Positions 1 through 6,766 of a stretch of DNA of 64,000 nucleotides are shown piece after piece. This DNA comes from Candidatus Omnitrophota bacterium (GTDB lineage Bacteria > Omnitrophota > Gorgyraeia > Gygaellales > Profunditerraquicolaceae), in assembly GCA_026387335.1 (NCBI GenBank), contig JAPLLX010000006.1:44949-108948 (forward strand), read 5' to 3'. Below the pieces are notes generated by a model. That model was given only the letters and a program-made list of their open reading frames with translations, was not told where the DNA came from and did not search any database. Both the position numbers and the translations under genes were made by a program. Position 1 is the stretch's first letter. Each line of letters begins with the position of its first letter.

Positions 1-255
1 TATAAAACTAAAGCCTGGGATTGGCTCTTAGAAGCCAGGAAAAAACTGGATAAAATAAATAAAGACCTTAGCGCTGAGAAACTAACCCTGGCCTGGAAAC
101 AAATTTACATACTCGAAGGTAGCGATTGGTTCTGGTGGTACGGAGAAGACCCGGATGGCTCTTTTGATAAGCTCTTTCGCCGGCACTTAAACAACTTCTA
201 CGCGATTATTGGAGAAATTCCTCCGGATTATTTACAGAGCCCTCTAAGTACTTGA
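1..255 (+). CDS. 3' fragment of a glycoside hydrolase family 57 (GH57) alpha-glucan branching/glucanotransferase-like gene; 5' end lies outside the window
   Basis: Frame 1 from nt 1 is open to a TGA at 253-255. It encodes ...GSDWFWWYGEDPDGSFDKLFRRHLNNFYAIIGEIP. The SDWFWWYGE motif is characteristic of GH57 C-terminal regions. Confidence 0.55.
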   Translation, partial: YKTKAWDWLLEARKKLDKINKDLSAEKLTLAWKQIYILEGSDWFWWYGEDPDGSFDKLFRRHLNNFYAIIGEIPPDYLQSPLST

Positions 256-282
256 CATTCAAGGCCTTTTGTGTTATAAATA

Positions 283-861
283 GTGCAAGTTAAAATGGAT
301 AAAAAAGATATCTACGAACATTTAGCCAAGATTTATCTTGACGCTTCTTCTAAGAAGAAAAAACGCAACAAGGCTTACCCGAAACTTTTCCAGAATCTTT
401 TCATCGTAAGCATATTTGTGGTGATCGGCCTGGCGAGTACTTTATTTTCTTCCGCATCTAAGAAGCAGGCCTTGCATTCGGAAACCGCCCTGGTCCTGCA
501 GAATGATCCCGCTAAAATAAATTTTAATTTTAACCCCGCTAAAAAAGAAATCTACACCCTTAACCTAAACCGCCTTAATATAGCCCATTCTAAGGCCTTG
601 GGTTTTTCAGTCAGGAATATCTCCCCTAAGGATAAAATAACTTTAAGGATCGAATTTACCAACGCCTTTAAAGAAAGATCTGAGGTCTACATCCGGGCTA
701 TTCCTTCTAAGTGGCAGGATTTTAAAATCAACTTAGCGGAATTTAAGAATATAACTGACTGGTCAGAAATGACGACTCTGGCTTTTTCGGTTGAAGAATG
801 GAACGCCGCGCAAAAAAAAGGCGTGGTTTATATAGACAATGTCCGGCTTCTTAAAACATGA
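283..861 (+). CDS. Membrane-anchored hypothetical protein with a C-terminal beta-sandwich carbohydrate-binding-module-like domain
   Basis: 192-aa ORF. It has a Lys-rich N-terminus and one strong TM helix (LFIVSIFVVIGLASTLF). The C-terminus ...WNAAQKKGVVYIDNVRL resembles CBM4/9-type domain endings. Its stop lies 18 nt before the ParA start, which has an AAAGGAGA Shine-Dalgarno site. Confidence 0.45.
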   Translation: MQVKMDKKDIYEHLAKIYLDASSKKKKRNKAYPKLFQNLFIVSIFVVIGLASTLFSSASKKQALHSETALVLQNDPAKINFNFNPAKKEIYTLNLNRLNIAHSKALGFSVRNISPKDKITLRIEFTNAFKERSEVYIRAIPSKWQDFKINLAEFKNITDWSEMTTLAFSVEEWNAAQKKGVVYIDNVRLLKT

Positions 862-878
862 AAGGAGAATTTTAAACC

Positions 879-1982
879 ATGCGCATAATAGCGATCACTA
901 ACCAAAAAGGCGGCTGTGGCAAAACTACCACCTCGGTCAATTTAGCTGCGTCTTTAGCCACTAACGGCCGCAAAGTGCTCTTGATTGACCTTGACCCTCA
1001 GTCACACGCTACATTAGGCTTAAATATAAAAGCTCCTTTAAGTATTTATAATGTCCTCTCTAAAACCGCGCATCAAAAGGCCAAGCTTGATGAGATCATC
1101 CAGAATATCAGCCCGGATTTTGATATAGCACCATCTAGCATTATTTTAAGCACAATCGAACAAGAATTATCCGGAGAAATCGGAAGAGAATCCCGGCTCT
1201 GGGATACCTTAAGCGCTTTTAAGGGATGCTACGATTACGTGCTGATAGATTGCCCGCCGAACTTAGGTATTTTAACTATAAACGCCATACGCGCGGCCAC
1301 TGAAGTAATTATCCCGGTTGAGGCCAGCAGATTTTCACTGGAGGGTATGGACCAGTTGCTTGGCATAATCAACTTAGTCCGCGACCGCTTAAACCATGAA
1401 GTCAGTTGTAGAATACTGGTAACGAACTTTGATTCACGGCTAGCGCATTCCTTTAAGATGCTGACGAAGATAAAGACTGATTTTAAAGAGAGACTCTTTA
1501 GCAATATCATCCATGTGAATGTCCGGTTAAAAGAAGCCCAAAATCAGGGCACGCATATATTTAATTTTGACAAATACTGCCGCGGGGCAAAAGATTATTT
1601 CAGCCTTTCCCGGGAAATAATTACTCTGGAAAAAGAACCTAAGCCGGCTACAGTTAAACCGATAGCGGTTTTAGAGAAGAAGATGAATGAAATACTCAAA
1701 AAAGAACTGCCTAAGCTTAATGAAGTAATCTTCTCGGTTTTCGCGCCGGAGGCAAAAGAAGTCTATGTCGCGGGAGAATTCAATAACTGGAAACTGGAAG
1801 ATTCCGGCCGGATGCTTAAAAATAACGGCACCTGGAGCAAAAAATTAAACTTAAACGGCGGCAAATACCGCTATCGCTTTGTTATTGACGGAAACTGGAT
1901 TGAGGATTCCGCTAATCCTTTGAAAGAAGTCAATCCTTACGGTTCAGTTGATTCCCTGATTGAAATAAGCAGCAAAAAATAG
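879..1982 (+). CDS. ParA/MinD-family P-loop ATPase fused to a C-terminal AMPK-beta-type glycogen-binding domain (CBM48)
   Basis: The deviant Walker A motif NQKGGCGKTTTSVNLA and a ParA-like body occupy about aa 1-250. The C-terminal 85 aa read KEVYVAGEFNNW...GKYRYRFVIDGNWIEDSANP...GSVDSLIEI. This aligns with the AMPK beta1 glycogen-binding domain (KEVYLSGSFNNW...GEHQYKFFVDGQWTHDPSEP). Confidence 0.8.
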   Translation: MRIIAITNQKGGCGKTTTSVNLAASLATNGRKVLLIDLDPQSHATLGLNIKAPLSIYNVLSKTAHQKAKLDEIIQNISPDFDIAPSSIILSTIEQELSGEIGRESRLWDTLSAFKGCYDYVLIDCPPNLGILTINAIRAATEVIIPVEASRFSLEGMDQLLGIINLVRDRLNHEVSCRILVTNFDSRLAHSFKMLTKIKTDFKERLFSNIIHVNVRLKEAQNQGTHIFNFDKYCRGAKDYFSLSREIITLEKEPKPATVKPIAVLEKKMNEILKKELPKLNEVIFSVFAPEAKEVYVAGEFNNWKLEDSGRMLKNNGTWSKKLNLNGGKYRYRFVIDGNWIEDSANPLKEVNPYGSVDSLIEISSKK

Positions 1983-2038
1983 TACCCCGCGCTTATAAGG
2001 AATTGCGCGGGTATGCCCGTGTGGGCAAGGAGGTACGT

Positions 2039-2443
2039 ATGGCGCTAAAGAAGAAGCTGAAGAAAAAAGCAGTAAAGAAAGCGGCCAAAAGAAAACCTTT
2101 AAAGAAAAAAACCGCTAAGAGAGTAGCCAGTAAGAAGAAACCCGCCAAGAAAGTCGTATCCAAAAGAAAAACCTCGGTTGCTAAAGTTAAACGGCCCAAG
2201 GAAAAAGTAATTGGTAATATTACGCATTATTTTCCGCATGTGCAGGCTGCGGTAATTAAATTAAAGGCACCCCTAGCGGTTGGCGACACAATCAAGATTA
2301 AAGGCCACACAACAGACTTTAACCAAACCATAAGCTCTATGCAGATTGACCATGTTCCTGTGAATTTGGCTAAAATAGGGCAAGAGATAGGCTTACTGGT
2401 GAATTCCCGGGTTAGGCAGCACGATTTAGTCTATAAAGTATAA
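2039..2443 (+). CDS. Histone H1-like Lys/Ala-rich basic protein with a C-terminal EF-Tu-domain-2-like beta-barrel
   Basis: AAGGAGG lies 6 nt upstream of ATG 2039. The N-terminal 70 aa are KKAVKKAAKRKPLKKKTAKR repeats. The C-terminus ...AVIKLKAPLAVGDTIKIKGHTT...IGLLVNSRVRQHDLVY fits the EF-Tu domain 2 pattern. The ORF-track start at 2003 is probably too far upstream. Confidence 0.6.
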   Translation: MALKKKLKKKAVKKAAKRKPLKKKTAKRVASKKKPAKKVVSKRKTSVAKVKRPKEKVIGNITHYFPHVQAAVIKLKAPLAVGDTIKIKGHTTDFNQTISSMQIDHVPVNLAKIGQEIGLLVNSRVRQHDLVYKV

Positions 2444-2457
2444 AAAGGAGGGGAGCG

Positions 2458-2640
2458 GTGAGACTTTCAGAGGTAGAAAAGAAAGCGAAAGTCCTAGGGA
2501 TTAAAGACACCTGGAGGCTTTCCAAGAAAGAGTTAATCAAGACTATCCAGCGCGTAGAAGGTAACTCTACCTGCTTTGGGACCGGTAAAAACTCCTGTGA
2601 CCAGCTAACCTGCTGCTGGAGGGGCGACTGCGTAAGATGA
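2458..2640 (+). CDS. Small protein with a Rho_N-like N-terminus and a Cys-rich C-terminus
   Basis: 60 aa. LSEVEKKAKVLGIKDTWRLSKKELIKTIQ resembles the Rho termination factor N-terminal motif. The C-terminus is CFGTGKNSCDQLTCCWRGDC. A GGAGGGGAG Shine-Dalgarno site lies upstream. Confidence 0.4.
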   Translation: MRLSEVEKKAKVLGIKDTWRLSKKELIKTIQRVEGNSTCFGTGKNSCDQLTCCWRGDCVR

Positions 2641-2822
2641 AATACCACTGCCAGATTTGCGACCGCGACATTGATGATTTTGCCAGCCTTGCCCATATAA
2701 AAGCTGAGGAGTATCTGTTGGATCTAATCCGACGCGACCATCCTGAATGGCATGAGAAAAAGAAGACCTGCCATAAATGCGTTGAATACTACCGTAAATT
2801 AGTCAAGGAAAACGAAGTTTAA
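2637..2822 (+). CDS. Small zinc-ribbon protein (CxxC...CxxC)
   Basis: 61 aa with CQIC...CHKC. Its start overlaps the previous stop (ATGA). Confidence 0.4.
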   Translation: MKYHCQICDRDIDDFASLAHIKAEEYLLDLIRRDHPEWHEKKKTCHKCVEYYRKLVKENEV

Positions 2823-2930
2823 CCAGCGCGCTTTAAGGCCTGTTCTTAACCGGATAGGCCTTAAAAATGAACTATTTTCGGGTAAGTACCCATAATAAAT
2901 ACGGTGTTAAAACCCGGTAAGTCTAAGTAA

Positions 2931-3281
2931 ATGCAGACTCGAGGCAGGCCCAAAAAATACAGGATAGTGCATCTTGACCCTAAGATAAGCCAGTTTAGCC
3001 CAAGGGGTAAGCCCGGTAGGCCAAATGAGGTAGATCTGAGTATGGATGAGTTTGAGGCTATGCGGCTAAACGACTATATGGGATTACCGCAGAAAGAAGC
3101 AGCCAAATCCATGCATATATCCCAGCAAACCTTTAGCCGGATACTCAAGAAAGCGCATAGAAGCATTGCTAGCGGCTTAATCAACGGAAATACCATAAAG
3201 ATCCAGGGCGGCCATTACGTATTCAGTTCCCGCGAAGAAGATCCTAATCCCAACGTAAAACAACCCGGCGAAAACACCTAA
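2931..3281 (+). CDS. DUF134/UPF0251 family predicted DNA-binding protein
   Basis: GRPKKYRIV...FSPRGKPG...LSMDEFEAMRLNDYMGLPQKEAAKSMHISQQTFSRIL...TIKIQGGHY matches the conserved DUF134 pattern. Confidence 0.7.
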   Translation: MQTRGRPKKYRIVHLDPKISQFSPRGKPGRPNEVDLSMDEFEAMRLNDYMGLPQKEAAKSMHISQQTFSRILKKAHRSIASGLINGNTIKIQGGHYVFSSREEDPNPNVKQPGENT

Positions 3282-3548
3282 AAGCAAGGTAGATTTACCC
3301 TTAAAAACCTTGTTTTTCCCCTCAGCACACCTTGTGCTCAACTTCCTATAATATATCTTATGTTAACTTCAGCATATTGGCTAAGCTGCTTTAACCTCTT
3401 GTTTGGTAATGGTTTAGCTTATACCTGTATTTTCCTGTGAATAAGCGTTTTTTCATTTACTTAAACTTACCGCCTTCTTTTAAGCTTAACACCCAAGGAA
3501 GGATTTATGCGGGAATTTACCGGGATTTTTTGCCTTTAATCGCCTATT

Positions 3549-4652
3549 TTACTTTCGGGTTAAAATAACCTGGGCAGGAAAAATGGAACTCTCTCCAAAG
3601 CGGCTATTGATTCTATCCGTAGCCTTAATCAAGGCCTCTCTGCGTTTTTCCTCAGTTAATAAAGGCAGGTAGCTTTGCCGGCTTAAACCACTGGCAGTTA
3701 CTCCCAAGGCTCGGATTTTATAGCCTTTTTTAGGCATCCTAGCCATCACTCTAAGGGATCTTAGGTATATCTCATAGCTATCATTAGTGGCGCTAGAGAA
3801 GGTTTTTTGGGCTAAGAAATCGCCTGCTTGGGGGTTGTTTAACCAAAGATGCACAGTCCTGGCTATCAAGTTTTGCTGGCGCAGGCGCTGGCCAACCATC
3901 TCTGACAATAGCCTGATCCAGGCCAAGATAAACTGGGGGTTTCCGGATGCGCTGGGTAAAGTGTAGGAATGGCTTATGGACTTAGGCTGCTCCTTACTTT
4001 CATCAGCTTCCTCAAACTTACCGGGATTTTCATCAAAGAACTCCGGCAGCTTTAAATACAGGTCCCAACAGGTCTTTAAACCTTGGGCTATGAAAGCCTG
4101 GCCGGTTTTACCCGCCATCCCGCAGAGCTTACCTATCGCGGTACGAGCTAAGACCTCTTTAAAGTTAGACTCATTTATCAGGGTTAGGCCATTGGGCTTA
4201 TTGATTTTAGAGGCAAGCTTAGCTAAGAGCCAGTTCTTGGCTAGACCTATGGAAGCAGTGATGTTAAAGTTTGCATATATTTGCTCCCGGATCCTTTCGG
4301 CAAGCTTAAGCGGCTCTGGATGCTCCAGAATATCCATCTGGAATTCATCAACTGAAGCATAATTCAGTATGAACCCATAGCCCTTAAGCAGTTCAAAAAT
4401 CTGCTCTGAAGTCCAGATATACTTAGCCTGGTCCGCGGCTACAAATTCCAGATTTGGACATAGGTTAAAGGCATCTTTTGAAGGCATCCCAGAATGGATC
4501 CCTAAAGTTTTGGCTTCATAGCTAGCGGCGCAGACCACAGTGCGCATTTTATTGGCGCGCGAACCCACGATTAAAGGCTTTCCCAAAAGGTGCGGGTTTA
4601 TAGCCTGCTCAATTGAGGCAAAAAACGCGTCCATATCAATATGCAGAATCAT
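3549..4652 (-). CDS. dinB: DNA polymerase IV (Y-family translesion polymerase)
   Basis: MILHIDMDAFFASIEQ is the N-terminus, with catalytic DMDAFFAS and an IMPB/UmuC-like body. GAGG lies 5 nt upstream of ATG 4652. The ORF-track start at 4709 falls inside the upstream hairpin and is unlikely. Confidence 0.85.
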   Translation of the reverse strand: MILHIDMDAFFASIEQAINPHLLGKPLIVGSRANKMRTVVCAASYEAKTLGIHSGMPSKDAFNLCPNLEFVAADQAKYIWTSEQIFELLKGYGFILNYASVDEFQMDILEHPEPLKLAERIREQIYANFNITASIGLAKNWLLAKLASKINKPNGLTLINESNFKEVLARTAIGKLCGMAGKTGQAFIAQGLKTCWDLYLKLPEFFDENPGKFEEADESKEQPKSISHSYTLPSASGNPQFILAWIRLLSEMVGQRLRQQNLIARTVHLWLNNPQAGDFLAQKTFSSATNDSYEIYLRSLRVMARMPKKGYKIRALGVTASGLSRQSYLPLLTEEKRREALIKATDRINSRFGESSIFPAQVILTRK

Positions 4653-4661
4653 ATAAACCTC

Positions 4662-4736
4662 AGGGACGGTTCTCAACTCAAAGCAAAAGTGTCCCCTGTT
4701 AGGGGACACTTTGAGATTAGCTTGAGAACCGTCCCT
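4662..4736 (-). promoter_or_regulatory. 75-nt compound stem-loop immediately upstream of the dinB Shine-Dalgarno site; it includes a terminator-like hairpin plus U-tract
   Basis: It has 15-bp outer arms AGGGACGGTTCTCAA/TTGAGAACCGTCCCT, a 6-7-bp middle stem CTCAAAG/CTTTGAG, and an inner hairpin GTGTCCCCT-gtta-AGGGGACAC. On the minus strand this is followed by UUUUGCUUUG. Confidence 0.6.
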
Positions 4737-5043
4737 AACTAATCAGCTTATCAATCTGCCAGCGGAAGGTGGAATTATTAAATGAAATCTGATATAACTG
4801 GCCCAAGCAGCTAACCGAGAAATAATTAACTAACGCCTGGCCTAAGCGCTCCTGCCAATTGTAAGTGATAGTTTCAATCTGGTATTCTTTATTATTCCAG
4901 GTGAAGCTTTTAGGAAAAATCCTGGCGTTCTTAAAATAAGCTAGGACCTCAATCCGTTCGTCTAGTTCATCCGGATTAAAACCTTGGGGTTGCGGCTCAA
5001 ACCTATCCCAGCGGGCCTTAGGATTAAAACTATTTTGATTCAT
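4735..5043 (-). CDS. Hypothetical 102-aa protein between lexA and dinB; possibly a YolD-like accessory protein of Y-family polymerases
   Basis: Its start overlaps the lexA stop by 14 nt, and a terminator-like hairpin follows its stop. Similarity to YolD is weak (basic-W-acidic DELDE segment) and judged by eye only. Confidence 0.4.
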   Translation of the reverse strand: MNQNSFNPKARWDRFEPQPQGFNPDELDERIEVLAYFKNARIFPKSFTWNNKEYQIETITYNWQERLGQALVNYFSVSCLGQLYQISFNNSTFRWQIDKLIS

Positions 5044-5644
5044 ATTTCCTGATTACTGTCATCAACTTCCCGATTACCTTAAATTCTTCAAAAATTGGCG
5101 GGTAATTCGGGTTAGCCGCTTCCAAATGATATTTATTGCTTTTACGAATCAACCTTTTTAAGGTAACTTCATTATCATCCAAAAGCGCGGCTACAATCGC
5201 ATTATTCTCAGCATAGGGCTGTTTCTTGATAATCGCCACATCGCCTTCCAAGATACCGGCATTAACCATACTATCGCCCTTCACCTTTAAAGCAAAAACA
5301 TCGTCAAAGCCTAAACGGCCCAAAAAGAGATTATCCACATCCACGTACCCTTGAATTTCTTCATAAGCCAGATTTGGCTTGCCAGCCATAATGGTGCCGA
5401 TTATGGGTATTTTATTACAGCTCGCGCGTTCAGTTAATTCCAAAGCCCGGGATTTATTATTCATACGCCGTACCAAACCTTTCTGTTGTAAAGCCTTTAA
5501 GTAATCTCTCGCTGTGCCGGTAGATTTAAATCCCAGCTCCCCTGCTATCTCTCTGATAGTAGGAGGAAGCCTCTCCCCTACCTTTTTGCGGATAAAATTA
5601 AGCACCTTTTCCTGCTTTGGCGTCAGAAACGGCTTCTCTTTCAT
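5030..5644 (-). CDS. lexA: LexA repressor (S24 peptidase)
   Basis: MKEKPFLTPKQEKVLNFIRK...IREIAGELGFKSTGTARDYL is the HTH region. The cleavage site and catalytic region are ...VAAL..., ...VKGDSM... and ...IIKK.... The start was chosen by alignment to canonical LexA N-termini. Confidence 0.9.
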   Translation of the reverse strand: MKEKPFLTPKQEKVLNFIRKKVGERLPPTIREIAGELGFKSTGTARDYLKALQQKGLVRRMNNKSRALELTERASCNKIPIIGTIMAGKPNLAYEEIQGYVDVDNLFLGRLGFDDVFALKVKGDSMVNAGILEGDVAIIKKQPYAENNAIVAALLDDNEVTLKRLIRKSNKYHLEAANPNYPPIFEEFKVIGKLMTVIRKYESK

Positions 5645-5656
5645 GTTTATAGGTAT

Positions 5657-5674
5657 ACCACACATTTGTGTGGT
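5657..5674 (-). promoter_or_regulatory. Candidate LexA operator: a perfect palindrome in the spacer of the lexA promoter
   Basis: ACCACACA-TT-TGTGTGGT has 8-bp arms. On the minus strand it sits between TTGACA and TATACC. An ATG follows 7 nt after the -10, which gives leaderless geometry. Confidence 0.45.
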
Positions 5675-5699
5675 TTGTCAAGAAAAAAAATAAGGGGAA

Positions 5700-6317
5700 T
5701 TAAAGATCTACGCTTGTGACTGTTATGGTGGGTGTCTTAGGGCAAAAAAATGGTATGCCGTTATCTAATGTACCAAACTCTAAGGCTGCGCTTACATCAA
5801 AAGAAACCCTTATTTTATGATCAACGATACCGTTTGTAATCGTAATCGCTGAAAAAGACTTCTCTTGCGCGGTGACATCTGTATCTAAAACCAAAGTATC
5901 GCAGTCGGCTGCAGAACCAGAAGTAGATGCAACGGAAACCGTCCGGCCATCTATAGGCTGAATCGTAGTCTCTGCAGTGGTATGATAGGATCCAGAAGTT
6001 CCCCTTATTTTAAACGCTTTGGACACAGTGACCTTGCACGTCGCATAAGTACCGTCAGGTACCTCTAAGCCTGATAGGAAATTTCCTACAGATTGGCCTG
6101 CTGCGCCTGAAGCTATATCCAGCGCGCTTGACACACCAGTGTATGCCGTAACCCAATCTCCGGTACTGCTATTTTTAAGTTCAAATTTAGTTATCTTGAC
6201 TTCGTATTTCGCAGCTGCGACCAATATTCCAGCAAAACATAAAGGGCTAAACAGCAATACAGACGAAATTACTAAAACTAGTTTTACGATATTCTGCTTC
6301 ATAGTTCTTTTATCCAC
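5700..6317 (-). CDS. Secreted hypothetical protein with a signal peptide
   Basis: It has an N-terminal hydrophobic signal (LVLVISSVLLFSPLCFAG). The mature part is Thr/Ser-rich and beta-rich. Confidence 0.4.
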   Translation of the reverse strand: MDKRTMKQNIVKLVLVISSVLLFSPLCFAGILVAAAKYEVKITKFELKNSSTGDWVTAYTGVSSALDIASGAAGQSVGNFLSGLEVPDGTYATCKVTVSKAFKIRGTSGSYHTTAETTIQPIDGRTVSVASTSGSAADCDTLVLDTDVTAQEKSFSAITITNGIVDHKIRVSFDVSAALEFGTLDNGIPFFCPKTPTITVTSVDL

Positions 6318-6699
6318 TCAATCCGCCTTCTATCGTTAATCCTGTGCCTTTACTTACGGTTGATTTTATAAGAGTTATATCAAAGTCTCTGACTACCCTA
6401 TCCAGCACTCTATCCTCTAAATTAATTTTGGGATACGCGGTTGTAACTGAGGTTATATCATTCATAATTTCCCTTGGCGAGAACGAGGTAAAGGCAAAGG
6501 TAAGCGCTCCTTCAAATTTATAACCGGCTTCATCTCTTTTGGTGTCATTAAACATTTCAAAATTAAGCCTGGAGTATTTCATCGGAGTAAATTCAGCCCG
6601 GAATTTCCAGCCGTATTTATTTTTAAAATGTTCAAAATTATACCAATCGCCTCCCCCGTATACTTTTACCGAAGGAATATATGGTAGCGGCATACCCAA
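6310..6699 (-). CDS. C-terminal part of a putative outer-membrane beta-barrel-like protein; probably continuous with 6767..7261 through a frameshift
   Basis: It shows alternating hydrophobic beta-strand patterning. Its frame stays open upstream to the 6767 region in a frame shifted by one relative to the preceding ORF. Confidence 0.35.
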   Translation of the reverse strand: MGMPLPYIPSVKVYGGGDWYNFEHFKNKYGWKFRAEFTPMKYSRLNFEMFNDTKRDEAGYKFEGALTFAFTSFSPREIMNDITSVTTAYPKINLEDRVLDRVVRDFDITLIKSTVSKGTGLTIEGGLSG

Positions 6700-6766
6700 C
6701 TCCCAGTCAAAACCATTAGCTACCTTTTCATAATACTTATTTAAAAAATCTTCGCCTACCAGGTGC

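Noticed and set aside
1985-2011. Hairpin CCCGCGC-12 nt-GCGCGGG after the ParA stop, considered as a terminator
   Set aside because: There is no U-tract. It lies directly upstream of the Shine-Dalgarno site of the next co-oriented gene. It is more likely a leader structure than a terminator.
3282-3548. sRNA or terminator structures in the convergent gap between the DUF134 gene and dinB
   Set aside because: Only short hairpins (AGCACA-cct-TGTGCT; CAAGGT...ACCTTG+TTTTT) are present. The loops are poor and the U-tracts weak. I did not consider them strong enough to call.
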